From positions 6,462-70,461 of the forward strand of contig JBLWGC010000085.1 in assembly GCA_048772705.1 (NCBI GenBank): a stretch of 64,000 bases of DNA, read 5' to 3'. Shown here piece by piece: positions 47,389-59,969 of this stretch (the stretch's first letter is position 1; every line of letters starts with the position of its first letter). The notes below the pieces were generated by a model that did not search any database, was not told the DNA's origin, and worked only from the letters and a program-made list of their open reading frames with translations. Source of the stretch: Leidyana gryllorum EB-2025a (taxonomy: Eukaryota; Protista; Apicomplexa). The translations under genes and the position numbers were made by a program.

Positions 47389-50300
47389 TCAGGAAAGAGC
47401 CTGGGAGAGAGCCGAGAATGCCAACGCAGCTGCGGTGACCGCCGCTGTAGCTGCTGAGGAGTCTGCTGCTGCAGCTGCGGAGGAGTCTGCTGCAGCTGCG
47501 GAGGAGTCTGCTGCAGCTGCGGAGGAGTCTGCTGCAGCTGCGGAGGAGTCTGCTGCAGCTGCGGAGGAGTCTGCTGCAGCTACGCATTGGTTGGGGGGAG
47601 GGTTACAGGAGCTCGCTACATGAGTTTCGTCACAGACGAGCTCAGTCACCAGGTCCAGCTGTTGGACGGCATCCGCAAAACCCAGTTTGGCTCCTTGGCT
47701 CAACTCCCAATCAATAACGTCCTGATAACCCTCAGGGCGCATTACGTTGTCCCAAGTCGTGACGCAATCGTCCTTGAGGGTGACTAAGGGTTGGCAATCT
47801 TCCGGCTTTGACCCGTTCCTCCAGGCCCTCGAAACTTCTGAGTCCACTTTCGACAACACTTGCCATTTACGGAGGAACTCTTTGTAAATGCGCCCATCGG
47901 AGTCGTTTCCGTTCGGGGACACACAAATCCTAATTGTGGTGGTGGGGATTGCATCGTTCTTATCCAAGCTAGTCCCCTCCGTGTGCACTATCCAATCGTA
48001 ACGGTCGACTTCCTCCATAAGTTGGGCCAACTGCGACAGCTCGGCTTCTGTGAGTGGTTTGTTGACTGCTTTGTCAATGACAGCGGCCTGCAGTGCGCTC
48101 CTTTGCAGACACAGCCGGGGGTCGAGCAATCTCGAAATGGTGGCAGGCCACTCATGGGGGGCTATCCTATCCAGAGCCTCCACCAAGGCTTCTATGACCT
48201 CTCGCGAAGGAATTGTGTTCGACTCCGAGAACACTTCTGCGATTATCTTACCCTTGCCGACGGTCCCACGGTGTGAACTCCACTGCATAAAGTGAACGTT
48301 TTTCCCCAAAGCATCCCTGCGCGTCGTATTACCTGATATCCAGGGAGGGGACACCGAGGTGTCGGTTGTGAGTCGTTCGGTGAAGTCCTCGCTGCGGAGG
48401 AGTCTGCTGGTAGCTCGAAGGAGTCTGCTGGAAGCTCGGAGGAGGCTGTTGGAAGCTCGGAGGCTGCTGGAAGCTCGCATTGCTTCGCGGGAGGGTCGCA
48501 GGACACCGCTCGACGACGCCAAGGGTCTCCAGGACAGAAGTTCTCAGGCCCAGAATACAGCTTTCGTAGGACCTGCGAGAGATCGCTCGCAGAGCCGGGA
48601 GGGCGCATTACGTTGTCCCAAGTCGTGACGCAACCGTCCTGGAGGGTGACTAACGGTTGGCAGTCTTCCGGCTTTGACTCGTTCCTCCAGGCCCTTGACA
48701 CTTCTGAGTCCACTTTCGCCAAAACTTGCCATTTACGGAGGAAGTCTTCGTAAATGCGCCCGTCGGTATCCTTTCCGTTCGGGGACACACAAATCTTGAA
48801 TGTTGCGGGGCGGATTTCATGGTTCGCATCCACGCTTTCAGCATCCGTGTGCACTGTCCAATTATAACTGTCGACTTCTGCCATATGTTGGGCCAACTCC
48901 ACCAGCTGGGCTTCTGTGAGTGGTTCGTTCACTGCTTTGTCAATGAAAGCGGCCAGCACTCCGCTCCTTTGAGTACACAGTCGATCGTGGAGCAAAACAC
49001 CAATAGAAATGGGCCACTCATCTTTGCTTATCCTGTCGAAAGCCTCCACAAAGGTTTCGAAGACCTTTCGCGAAGGAATTCTGTCCGAATCCGAGAACAC
49101 TTCTGCGGTTATCTTACCCTTGACGAAGGTCTCACGGTATGAAGTCCACTGCAAATTCTTTCCAAAGCATTTCCACTCGTCGAATTACCTCAAATCCAGG
49201 GACGGGACACCGAAATGTCGGTTGTGGCGCGTCCGGTAAAGTCCTCTCTGCGGAGGAGTTTGCGGGAGGTTCGCATTGGTTCACAGGAGGGTCACAGGAG
49301 CCCGCTAGACCACGCGTGGCGGCCTCAGCTTCGTCACAGACCCGCTCAGTCATCTGATCCAGCTTTGGGATGACATGCGCAAAATCCATTTGGACTCGTT
49401 GGCTCGACTGCCGATCAGTATGGTTCCGATTGCCGGGAGGGCGCAGTACGTTCTCCCAAGTCGTGACGCAATCGTTCTTGAGGGTGACTAACGGTTGGCA
49501 GTCTAGCGGCCTTGGCCTCCTCTTCCAGTTCGATGTAACCCATGAACCTACTCCCGCCGCAGCTTGCTTCTCACGGAGGAAGTCTTCGTAAATGCGCCCG
49601 TCGGTATCCTTTCCGTTCGGGGACACACAAATCCTAATTGTTGCGGGAGGGATTTCATAGTTCTCATCCAACCTGTCAGTATCCGTGAACACTCTCCAAT
49701 TGTAACTGTCGACTTCGGCCATATGTTGGGCCAACTTCTTCACCTGGGCTTCTGTGAGTTGATCGTAGACTGCTTTGTCAATGACAGCGGCCAGCAGACC
49801 GTTTCTTTGAGTACACAGCCGGGGGTCCAGCAAACGCGGAATAACGGAAGCCCACTCACAGGGCTTTAACCTATTGAGGGCGTCCACAAAGGTTTCTATG
49901 ACCCCTCGCGAGGGAAACTTGTCCGACTCCGAGTACAATTCTGCGGTTATGTTACCCTTCACAACGGTCCCGCGGTGTGAAATCCGCTGCATAAGTGAAC
50001 GTCTTTCCGCAAAGCATTCCCGCACGTCGTATTACCTCAAATCCAGGGACGGGACACCGAAGTGTCGGTTGTGAGTCGTTCAGTAAACTTCTCGCCGTTC
50101 TCCTCCTCTCTGGTGTTTCCTCCTTCGCCGCCCCTTCCGGCACCTTCACGTAGGCAGACAAGTAGTGGGACTACCATTGAGCACTCACTTTTTTCGCAGA
50201 TGAACCCGACTCTCCTTTAGCGGAGGGTTCCAACGCCTTATCTGCCCTCGCACCCGTTCCATCTACTACAGAGCGCTTGGTGCGCGTGTTGGCGCCTTCC

Positions 50301-50966
50301 GAAGTGCCCTGTTTCGGGGCTAAGTTCTCTTTAGGGAAGGCTTTGGACGTGGTTCCTCCCCCCGCGCGTTGGACGTCTGCAGCGGCTTGCGCTGGGTCCC
50401 TCGAGTTTGACACTCGGTGATTCGCTTTCTTCGTCCCATTCTGTGCTATCTTTCACCCCACTGCTCAGCTTTCCACTCACCTGTGCCGGCGTCTCCAGGT
50501 GTATTGGGGCACTCATGTGAGCTGTACCTGTGGCCGCCGAGTGGGTTCCGTTATTCACAATTCCCGGGCTCCCATTCCGTACTTGCGAAGGCCATTGACG
50601 CTTTGGACGACTGGGCGGAGCCGGCCTTGGTGCGGCCGCATTGCTTCTAGCGTTTTTTGCTGCCTTCCTTTGAGCCTCCCGAGCTCTCACCCGCTGGAGC
50701 TCGTGAGGAGTCCTTTTCACCCCCGCATGGCCGGAATCATATTTACTCCCTGTCATCACCGTCCTCCACTGACGGGCGTCGGGGAGCGCGTGCCCCCCAC
50801 CGCCATTGTTGCGTGTCACGTTGTGTGTGACGTTGTGGTACCCGACCGGTGTCACAGGTGCGATGGGCACTGTGAAGTTACCAGCAGCCACCAAAGTCGT
50901 CAACAATGCGTCATCAAATTCGTTGCGGTGGCCATTCTGGGGGGGCGAACGGACGCTTGCAGTCAT
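47389..50966 (-). CDS. Superfamily C (DDALLTTLVAAGNF type), three tandem core domains, 6 exons, apparently intact
   Basis: Five phase-0 GT-AG introns (40, 45, 49, 40, 50 nt) join ORFs 50331, 50171, 49952, 49132, 48243 and 47389 in frame. The domain KG.ITAE..S....PS...A.IDKAV...LTEA...LAQ.M.EVD.Y.W...ICVSPNG..CQPLVTL..C.TTW occurs three times. Tail AFSALSQALS*. Confidence 0.8.
47450..47581 (-). repeat. Coding 21-bp tandem repeat x~6 (AAAADSS)
   Basis: gctgcggaggagtctgctgca repeated. Confidence 0.95.
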
Positions 50967-51826
50967 CGCTCAAAGTCTAATTATGGGTAATCGAAACTTG
51001 ATGAGGTTTAGAGTAAAAAGATCGAACAAAAGGGCTCGAAGATTTTTGAGAGAGTCGTCTGTCACTGGGAAAGTTTGCTCGACAGCGGGGGAAGCTGCGC
51101 CGATCTGGGCAATGTGTCCACACACAGACACTGATGGGGAGAGATTGATAAAGACATCATGTCACGACTCATTCTGGACACAGAAGTGAGTCGAAAGCGA
51201 ACTCCGATAGACGCAGAGGCGGCCGTCGCATGAGAGCGAGTTGGCGGCCCATCAATCGGCTTTCAGTCACTTCCGGAGAGAGGTGTACCTGAGTAGGGCG
51301 AGTACTGTCCATCATCAATGTTCGAAAAACATCACCCCCACGAAAAGATCTCAAGCCATACGTCAAAGTCGCCTTGTCGGGGGCAGAAAACCTCCGTCGA
51401 CGTTGTCCGCACGAACGTCTGGTGATGTGCGGGCGGCTGTATCGTTCCGCCATCGTGGGCCGTCTTGCGTGGCAGTCTGCGAGAGAGCTTCATGGATGCT
51501 CTCTCGTGCCTCAAAATTGCGACGCTGGTAGGCTGAGGGAGCGGTGGCTAGGTTCTGAGAATCATTTCATACCGCTGTCTCGTCGGCTGACCAAGGATCA
51601 TCAATAGATTGCTGACGACCTTTGTGAGAGGTTATGTTCAAAGGAGACGACTGGCAATACTTAGGCGTGGAGACGGCCCATCGATGTTTTAGTTACAATG
51701 GCTCGCCACCGACGCGAATGAATGCGGTCAACTTTCGGTCACAGCCATTTCAAATTGGGAGTGGGTGCGACGGACAAGGGTGTTGCCAAATAGCAAAGGA
51801 CAGTTCTGCGCTCCCAGTCGCTGCAA

Positions 51827-53648
51827 TCAGGGAAGGACTCTGTGGAGCACCGCCGACGCCGCTGCCGACAACACGGCTGTAGCGGCCGAGACACTCGCTG
51901 TAACTGCGGGGGAGGCAGCTTCCGCTGCAATGGAGGCCGCAGCTGCGACTGTGGAGGAGGCAGCTTCCGCTGCAATGGAGGCCGCAGTTGCAACTGTGGA
52001 GGCCGCCGCCTGCGCAGTCGTGGACATACCATCTTGGCACCCGATAAGCTGTGTCACAACTTCCAAGTTAAACCCAATGTCAGCGAAATTCAGTCTCTCA
52101 GGCCGCTTGATTATATAGTCCAGTCCCGCCCCGAGGGGAGGCCAGAGTATGTCTTGCCAAGTCCGAGTTTCACACTTCGAACTCGTAGGGACCGGCTGCA
52201 TATTCTCTGGCAACTTCCTCGCCTCCTCCCACCTCGCTGTGACCTCTGATCTCACCCCCGACTTGTACTGCACCTCACAGAGGAGGTCCTTGTGGAGCTT
52301 CACTTCAGCCGCCTTTTCTTGCGGGCTGAGATTTCGTCCGTTCCTCTCCATATGAATATTAATCTTTGTGGGGAGAGCGATACCGTCGGGAGTAGAACGC
52401 CAGGTATTAACATTTGTCTTCATGTGCCAGTTGTAGTCCCCCACATCTGACATACCTTGGGCCATCGTCTGAATCTGCGCGTTTGAGAGTTCTTGGTTGG
52501 CTGCTGTGTGAATAAAAGCGGCCTTCAGTCCTTCGGCCTCAATTCCCAGGTTCTTTTCCGCATATCTCAGCGCAGTGGGAAACCGATCTTCTCTCGGTAA
52601 CCCATTCAGTGCATCCAGAAGGATGTTAATCATATAATTCGGAGGCGCAGTACCGGAGTCCGATATCCATTCGGTCGTCATGTTACCTTTCCGGACGATC
52701 TTGTGGTGTTCCACCTGCACAAAGTAAAAGTCTCTCTTGGCTCGATCCCACATATTATATCACCTGATGGCTCTCGTACGACCCAAGTTCTTCCTCATAG
52801 GATGCTTCCCAAGTCCAGTTCCACGCTCCCCACTCCACCTCTGCTTTTCCCTCTCCCTTCGCGAGCGAATTCGTATTTTGGAAGCTGTCACTTAAACACT
52901 TACTGCCTTATCAGCGGGTCCCGACTGCTCGTTGCCTCCCGAACTTCCCTGTTTCGGGCCCGACCCTTCTTTGGCGGAGGGTTTGGCGTCGGAAGCTTCA
53001 CTTTTGTTACCCTCGTCTCCTGCGGAACGCGTCTGATTCCCCGTTCGGCCGCCCTTCAAACTTTTCCCGCCTCTCTCCTGCGATGTGTGATCAATCAGAC
53101 GTTTCAGCAGTTCAGTCACCTGTGCCGGAATGAGAAGGTCTGACAGAGGGGTGATGCCCCGAGGCGGCTGGTCACTCCTATCCACCTCCTATGAGACTTG
53201 ACCAACCCAAGACACAAGATTTCCTTACTGCACGCGGAGTGTTGAGTTTAGCTGGAGCACTTGGCTGGTTGGGGGGAGCTCGAGACTGAGGTTTCGGAGC
53301 GCTGGAGGTTGAGTTCCGTCCGGGGGTGGGAGGGGCGCTTCGAGCGGCTCTGTGAGCAGCGTCCCTCCCCATCTTCCGGATTACGCGTCTTTTCTGCTCG
53401 TGCTCAGTCTTCACTCTCTGATTCCCGTGCGAAACCCAAACGTATCCAGTCTGCTGTCTCTGTCTCTGTCGAGCGTCGGGGAGGGGAGCCATAGGGCCCC
53501 CACCGCCAACAACTGTGAAATTGTGCCCCGTGGGCATAGGTCCGATGGGCGCTGTAAAGTTGCCAGCGGCCACCAGTGTTGTCAACAATGCGTTGTCGGA
53601 CTTGTTGTGTTGACCATTCTGTCGATTTGAGCGGATGGTTAGAGTCAT
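51827..53648 (-). CDS. Superfamily C (DNALLTTLVAAGNF type), one core domain, 4 exons, apparently intact
   Basis: MTLTIRS...DNALLTTLVAAGNF. Three phase-0 introns at the same positions as in the 50966 gene. Core KGNMTTEW..AAFIHTAA..LS..MAQGMSDV..YNW. Tail ASAVLHRVLP*. Confidence 0.8.
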
Positions 53649-54717
53649 TACTTCAATCCGATCGGAAGGCAATCGAGGTGAGAGTCGTTACGAGTGTAAA
53701 TGACAAAGAAACTTTTAGATAGTTTTCAGACACTCAATGTCGGCTTTCTCTTTCGTGTGACAGAACATAGCGGCCAGCGGCTTGGCGTTCATATTGGGCT
53801 CGGTAGTGTTTGAGGACAGCTGCTGGCACCTCTCGACCATCGCAGCCTCCATGTAAACTATTGGAACACTCGACTTAGGGTCAATCGAGAACACTGAAAG
53901 CAATGTTGCCCACTTCTGAGCACATGACGGGGTCGAGTACGGCGACAAGGCAAAACAGATACATTGATGGAATGATTTCCCGTGAAGTTGTCGTGCAACG
54001 ACACCATGTCTCCAATCTGGAGCTTCACCGGACACTTTTGTAGAAAGAGGGATTCGGAGTTGAACGGGGTAAAAGTCGGTGCTCTCAGCGATTTTTTTTC
54101 TGAGGGTGCCAAATGGGCGGCGTGGTGTCCGTCAAGTCATATGCAGCAAGAAGGTGTACAGAAGCGGGCAAGAACAGTCCACCTATCGATATCCGAAGGT
54201 GTCAAGCCCACAACCGGATTGTCGCTTTTGCCAATAGAGTGGGATATCGATGGCTTGTCAGACTGTTCTCCCAGCATTCCCGCCAGCCGGGGCCAAAAGA
54301 AGCATAGGCCGGACGTTGGGGGCGCAACAACCTGTCACAACGTTGAGCGGAGGGCTTTGTCTGTGTCGGCGAAATTTCGGTGCCCTCCGCAAATGTACCC
54401 AAACATCCCCACAGCCCAAGCGCGCCGACTCCGTAACCGGGGAAGGCGCGCCCATTGGCTTGTCATTAACACAGAGGGCATTTAGCAGGGAGTATAATCC
54501 TCCTTGGTTCTCTGCTGTGGAGCCGATTTGCCTGCCGGGGATGTGGACATTTTTACATCTTTACTGTGCGGTAACTGCGAACTCAATGCAACGCCCAGGC
54601 GTGAGCCATTTTGAAAAACAATCTGTGTTAGCGAATAATACAGTCTCGCTTTGTTAGGGCTGGGGTGACGCTTTCGGCAACACCGTGTCAAATAGTCCAT
54701 GGCAGCAGACTGGGTGA

Positions 54718-55652
54718 TCAGAGGTACTCTTCACAAATAGCGTGAATAAGTGCCCTCAATGATGGCATTTTGGCATTCTTGACCATTTCAACCCAACTCT
54801 TGACATATCCTTGATCGGCGCTGGCTCCAGAGACTGAATAACTGACACCCCCCGATTCACCGCCATAACGCTGTGTCGCTGTCACAATGTCATTGACCTG
54901 TGCGATGGCCGCACCGTTGCAAACGGCCTGTGTCCCAATGGTGATTTCAACATCGAAGCGTCCCTTCGATGTCCAAGTGTTGATGTGAAGAGGATAATTA
55001 CTCAATGTCTCCAACTCCTGGAGGAGGTCCATTTCTTTTGCCGTTGGCACATCCTGTGAATCGCTGGCGCGGCCGAGCACAAGGAGCTGCAATAGAGCTG
55101 ACGGACTCAGTCTAGAATTCTCCTGAAGTAGAGAAGTCAATGTCGTGGCCGCGGTTTTGCCTCCAGCTCTCAACCACTCCGTTAGGGCAAGCACACTATG
55201 TGAGCCCACTCTGCCGCTCGGAACATTGACCGTCAGATTGTAGGTGAATTTCGACGAAATTCGGACGCGAGCCGTCCATCGTATGCCCCACTCAGTCCAA
55301 CGACTATAGATTCGGTCCGGTCCAGCCTGGAGAGTTGGCACCCTCGTCAAGCGAGCCTCACCCAGTTCTGGATCGTACATTGGGAACATCATGTCCCCCA
55401 TCTTCGCGGAAATATTCGAAACATTAGGTGTGAATTCATCCTTACCAATTGTGGAGTCGTCATCAACCTCACATGTCCACGGTTGGGGGCAGGAGTGGAA
55501 GGAACACTCTCACTCTGTGCGGTTTCATAAAAGTCAGCTGCACTTTCGCTTAACCCGGTCGCTCCACTCGCCACTGAGATGACAAGTCGCAGAGACAGCT
55601 TGTTCGCGACTCGAGCCTGAGGCCAGCATCGTATGGAGCAGACACCTGGCAT
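54718..55652 (-). CDS. Divergent superfamily C-like gene, 2 exons
   Basis: Leader MPGVCSIRCWPQ...LRLVISVASG. A 44-nt intron (gtaagg...gcgaag) joins in frame to the 227-aa ORF. Weak similarity to the core domain (SALLQLLV..A...PT..E..LL..L..L.NY). Confidence 0.55.
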
Positions 55653-57442
55653 GTTAAAAAGCGCGACTTTGAAAATACGTCTAAAATTTCAAAACGACGC
55701 CAAAGTACACAATTTCCCAGATTAAACGATTTACAGAACGCCATCGCATCGCATCGACTCCACAATTTACGTTTTTACCCTCCCGACACCTGCAAGACGG
55801 TCAAAGACTGCGAGTAGTGCGCTCGATGATGTTCACATTTGGGGCATACTGCCATGCCGCCGCGGGCGAGTGCGATGGTGTCCCATCAGGATTGCCGCGA
55901 CCTCCTCGATCTCCGCATTTGAACGCCATCTGAATAATAACCTCTCCAGCGGGTGTAGCCTAAAAACCTCAGTAGTTGGTCTCCAGTCCAGACGGTGAAA
56001 ACCGTTCTCCTGGCGATCGAGTCTCGCCCCAGTTCGATGACTCTCATGGGGCCCTTCCCAGTCTCACTTGGTGGAGATTCAAAAAATGCAGCCGTTAGCA
56101 TCAGATATTGGCTTCACGAAGTTGAATCGCAGCCGTGACACTCTCGATCGGAGACTTAGGTCAGACCGCGAGACCCGTGAAGTGTCGTTGACCGACATTA
56201 CAAAGGAGGTTAAATAATTCGAGGGAGTACCCAAGCGCTTTGCCATAAACAAAGTCGCTCTGTCGGTGTCGAACCGAGTCCCGTCCGCCCTGTCATAAAA
56301 TCTCAGATGGAAGCATCACGCATTGTTGATACTTTCGGGAGCGTCACCAGAGTGCAAAGGCTGCTCAGCTCCCTGCCCACCTCTTCCTGATCAGGTGAAA
56401 TGCAATCCGCAGGTAAGTTAAAAATTGCCGAATTTTCAAATGCAAGGGGACTTCGTTATGTCACTCGAAGCTACCGTCCCAGGCGACAGTTTCTCTATCC
56501 CTACAAGCATGAGTCGTTACAAGAGTTGTGTCGATGTCAAGAGCTTAGCATCCTGAAGCTCGAGTTTTGGTTTCTGGCTGGCTAGCAGACATCATGAGAA
56601 CAGGAAGACCAACAACCTTCGACATCAGACGTAGTCAGCCCATCGGAAAGATCAACTGGGCTGAGACGAAGTGATTGATCATCACGAGAAAGTCCTGTCT
56701 GCAACGGAGAGTAACCTTCGGATGCACCTGGTGCTGAGAACTAAAACAAAATAAAGGCAGCCAATATTCTATAGATTGATGGTTGATTAGAGAGAAGACA
56801 TAGGGCAAATCTTTCAGGGTGGGGGGCGAGATAGACTTACCAACGGCATTCCCGCCCAGATCACTGCAACCAGGCGGGGGACTAAAGCCGACGGCAAGTA
56901 AATCGAAGTGTTAGGATAGCGCGACGAAGACTCTGGTGGAGGAAACACGGTGGGGATAGTGAATGGCTACGAATCTGGTGAGATGGACGTTGAAGTTCCC
57001 AAGGAGAGAGAGCATTATGATCATGGAATGACCTGACTGGGGAGAGAGCCTAATGAAAAGCATTCTGTTGGACTCAATCCAAGCGTTACCACCGATCGAA
57101 AGAGGGAGGAGCTTCGTGTTGTTTCATTCCTCACCTCCGAGAATACCCACCAACTCGAGAGTTTGCACATTTGAAGTTATTGAGAGAGATAGTCTAAGGT
57201 GTAAGAAGTTGTTAAAGATCAGATGTGTATCAAGCCCATGCGTTAGAGGTAACTCCTTACGCTAGAGACTAGAGCCGAGTAGATCCAGTGAATAACTCAA
57301 CCATCAGATTTCAGACATCGAGGTTCTGTAGGTCGAATACATCGGAAAGTGTGGTGGCGACTAAGCTTTCCGCTACAGTTTCACGGAGACTTCTCCATAA
57401 CAACACTACCAAAGTGCAATACGATTGTCGCCGAGCTCGACC

Positions 57443-57633
57443 GGAAAGAGCCATCTGAGAGAGTGCTGACTCAGAGTCTCTCCACACAGCTAGATAGGGA
57501 GTACCCCCTATCGCGGCTGGTGATCCATTTGAGAAATATTGGTAAGCAGAGGGAGACGTTCGTCTCCTTCCTTGCGTAACCAAGGAAAGAACTTTAATTA
57601 CAATTGATCTGAGCTGGAAGGCCGAGATTGAAT
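57443..57633 (-). ncRNA. U2: U2 snRNA, divergent (copy 3)
   Basis: AUUCAAUCUCGGCCUUCCAGCUCAGAUCAAUUGUAAUUAAAGUUCUU. IIa UUCCUUG/CAAGGAA; IIb GGAGAC-GAAC-GUCUCC. Stem III GAUAGGG/CCCUAUC. Stem IV UCUGAG-UCAGCACUCU-CUCAGA. Confidence 0.82.
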
Positions 57634-57663
57634 TTTTGCTGCTCACACTGACTTGAAATAGTG

Positions 57664-57677
57664 TGTGTGCGACACAC
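57664..57677 (-). promoter_or_regulatory. Candidate snRNA upstream element TGTGTCGCACAC (copy 3)
   Basis: Reverse complement of gtgtgcgacacac, 39 nt upstream of U2 copy 3. Confidence 0.7.
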
Positions 57678-58699
57678 TCCCAACCGGTCCGCACACTGGG
57701 AATGCAAACATGGGAGATATTATTGCCTCAGATTGATCGGACTTCAGAGAATTGAACCTCATTCGTCACTCACTGCATAGATCGGCTTCCTTAGCGAAAC
57801 CCCGCCCCATTCCTCGACACAGACGTTTCGCCAGTAGCGACACTCAAAAACTTCTTCCTGGCATTCAAAGTCAGCCTGAGCAATTCCACATTCCACAACC
57901 AACGGATCGGTCAGATACGTGAATCTTGCATTTTTTCAGAGCTGACCGCCTCAGAAACCGTAAGTCACGGCTCAGTCAGTCCTTCTACATTCTCAAATAA
58001 GCAGAAGCCTTACAAGGAATATTGACACATGTCATCTTGCACCCGGCATTCTAATGTCTCTTGTGCGGGAGAAGAAATGAGAGTGAAGGCACAAGCCGGT
58101 GTGCATAACTTCTTCCCCTCTGCCAATGGCGGCCGCTGTCAGCCTTATAAGTATTCGAGAGTGTTCAACTCCTTGCTGATTAGGTAGTTGTTGATGGGAA
58201 GCGATCTAAAAACATCGTGTCTCCCCCTCCACGATTTCTTGTGAACACAGAAGTGAGTGGGGGACGCACTGAGCGGACGCAGGGGCGGTCTCCCATTAGA
58301 GCGAGGCGAATCCAGCATCTATGAGCTATGAGCCCCAAATGGATAATTGCTATGGCCGGCACATTGGAATACCTATGTTCGTGATACTGTCCGCTTCTGA
58401 CTCTCGCCAGCCGACTGCATGGAGAACATCAGCCGTACGCCAAAGTAGCTCCATCGGGGCAAGGAAGCTTCCGTCGATTATGTCCGCAAATTCCGAAAGG
58501 TCACAATGTCGCCAAAAGCAGACGACGGGACGATCGTCTACTTGCGTTCGAGATACCACGCCGGTACGCTTTCTCGAACGACAGCGTCCAATGGGCCATT
58601 GGTACACTTTCTCAGTCTTCGAACCTCATCACTTTCTAATCCCTGTAGGCTGAGGAAACTGGGTGACATCTTGTCAGGTTTATGAAGTCCGACAGATGC

Positions 58700-59969
58700 A
58701 AGCACGAGACATTGGTCGGCTGACATCGAGCCCTTACATCAGTGAAGTATTTGTAAGCAGATGCAAAGTCCAGACTCCCTGAACAGAAGAAATCTTGTGG
58801 AAATCTCAGCCTTAACAAAGCTGCCGAAGTGCACCCAACCACGCCCATATGCACATTGCCAGTGCCGCTGGCAGGCGCCGTCGCCACCGGCAGTTGTGCA
58901 CAGCATCAGAGAACGTCAGCCTCGGAACATGTTTGTGTTTGGAACCGAGATTGCCTTGATCCAGTTATTTGACGCTACCCTAGAATTGTATCTTGCGAAG
59001 GAGCTTTGCGTGGGACGGCATGTCCAAGCTTGGTCCCCGAAGCTAACGACTATCTCGATTTTTTGTGGGAGGCCTTCAACATCAGGGTCTGGTCTCCAGC
59101 TATCTCTATCCATCCTTAGTTCCCAGCTCTTCTTGTCGACCTCTGCCATATCTGAGGCCATCTGCACCATCTACTGCTCTGTGAGCTCTACGTAGGATAC
59201 TCTGTGAACAAAAGGGCTTGAAGAGACCTCACAGGCTCTACCATTCCCTACGCAATAGTAAACCATTGATCACTGTTCGGCAGAGCCTACATGGCAGTGT
59301 CCGTTGTCGTTGCGAAGGCATCGATTCCGCTATCCACAACCACCCGCCCGATACTTTACCCTTTGTGACGGCCTTGAATTCTGTGTGCTGCGGAAAGTGA
59401 AGGGTTTCATCCCACCTTCTCCCCGCGAGTCCCATTATCTGAGGTCGAGGATGAGACCATTCAGTCTGAGATTTCTTCTGCGTTGGTCTCGTTCTCAAAG
59501 TGGCTCTCTTCGTCGCTGCCTGCTCTGAATCTTTCTGGTGGAACTTCTTGATTCGGAAGCCGTTGTCGACAACCGCACTGCATTAGCGGAAGCGCCCGAC
59601 TCCTCCTGAGCGGAGAGCTTGGACGCCGTCTTTGAGCGCGAGCCTTTGCCATCTGCACCAGATCACAAACTCTGCCCCAGGTTCGGCGAATCGTATTGCC
59701 CCATTTCAGCTATGTTATGGCTTTTGAGAGGAAGAATGGTCTCACACCTGACCAGTTCGGATCAAATGAGTTTACGGCAAAGACATACCTCCACAGACAG
59801 CCCGAGTGAACCGCCCCGTCCGTCCAATTATGTCCGATGTCTCGGTGGATGAAAGCGAAAAGTACGGCCGTGAGCCCCCGACTCTCTGTGAGAAGTGTGA
59901 TTGGCTCGCGTGATCCTCCGAGGCTGCGAGGGTTCCTACTACTTTACTCAGCAATGACGTATCGGTCAT
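58700..59969 (-). pseudogene. Degraded superfamily C member
   Basis: Fragments HTEFKAVTKGKV and QMASDMAEVDKKSW..KIEIVVS..W lie in different frames. Boundaries approximate. Confidence 0.55.

Noticed and set aside
47389-53648. Programmed frameshifting or stop read-through between successive overlapping ORFs
   Set aside because: Each frame change in the intact genes is explained by a 40-50-nt GT-AG intron; the apparently conserved VIRRAGML peptide is intron sequence.
55700-57200. Scattered 60-70-aa ORFs
   Set aside because: No recognisable motifs, paralogy or splice-consistent model.
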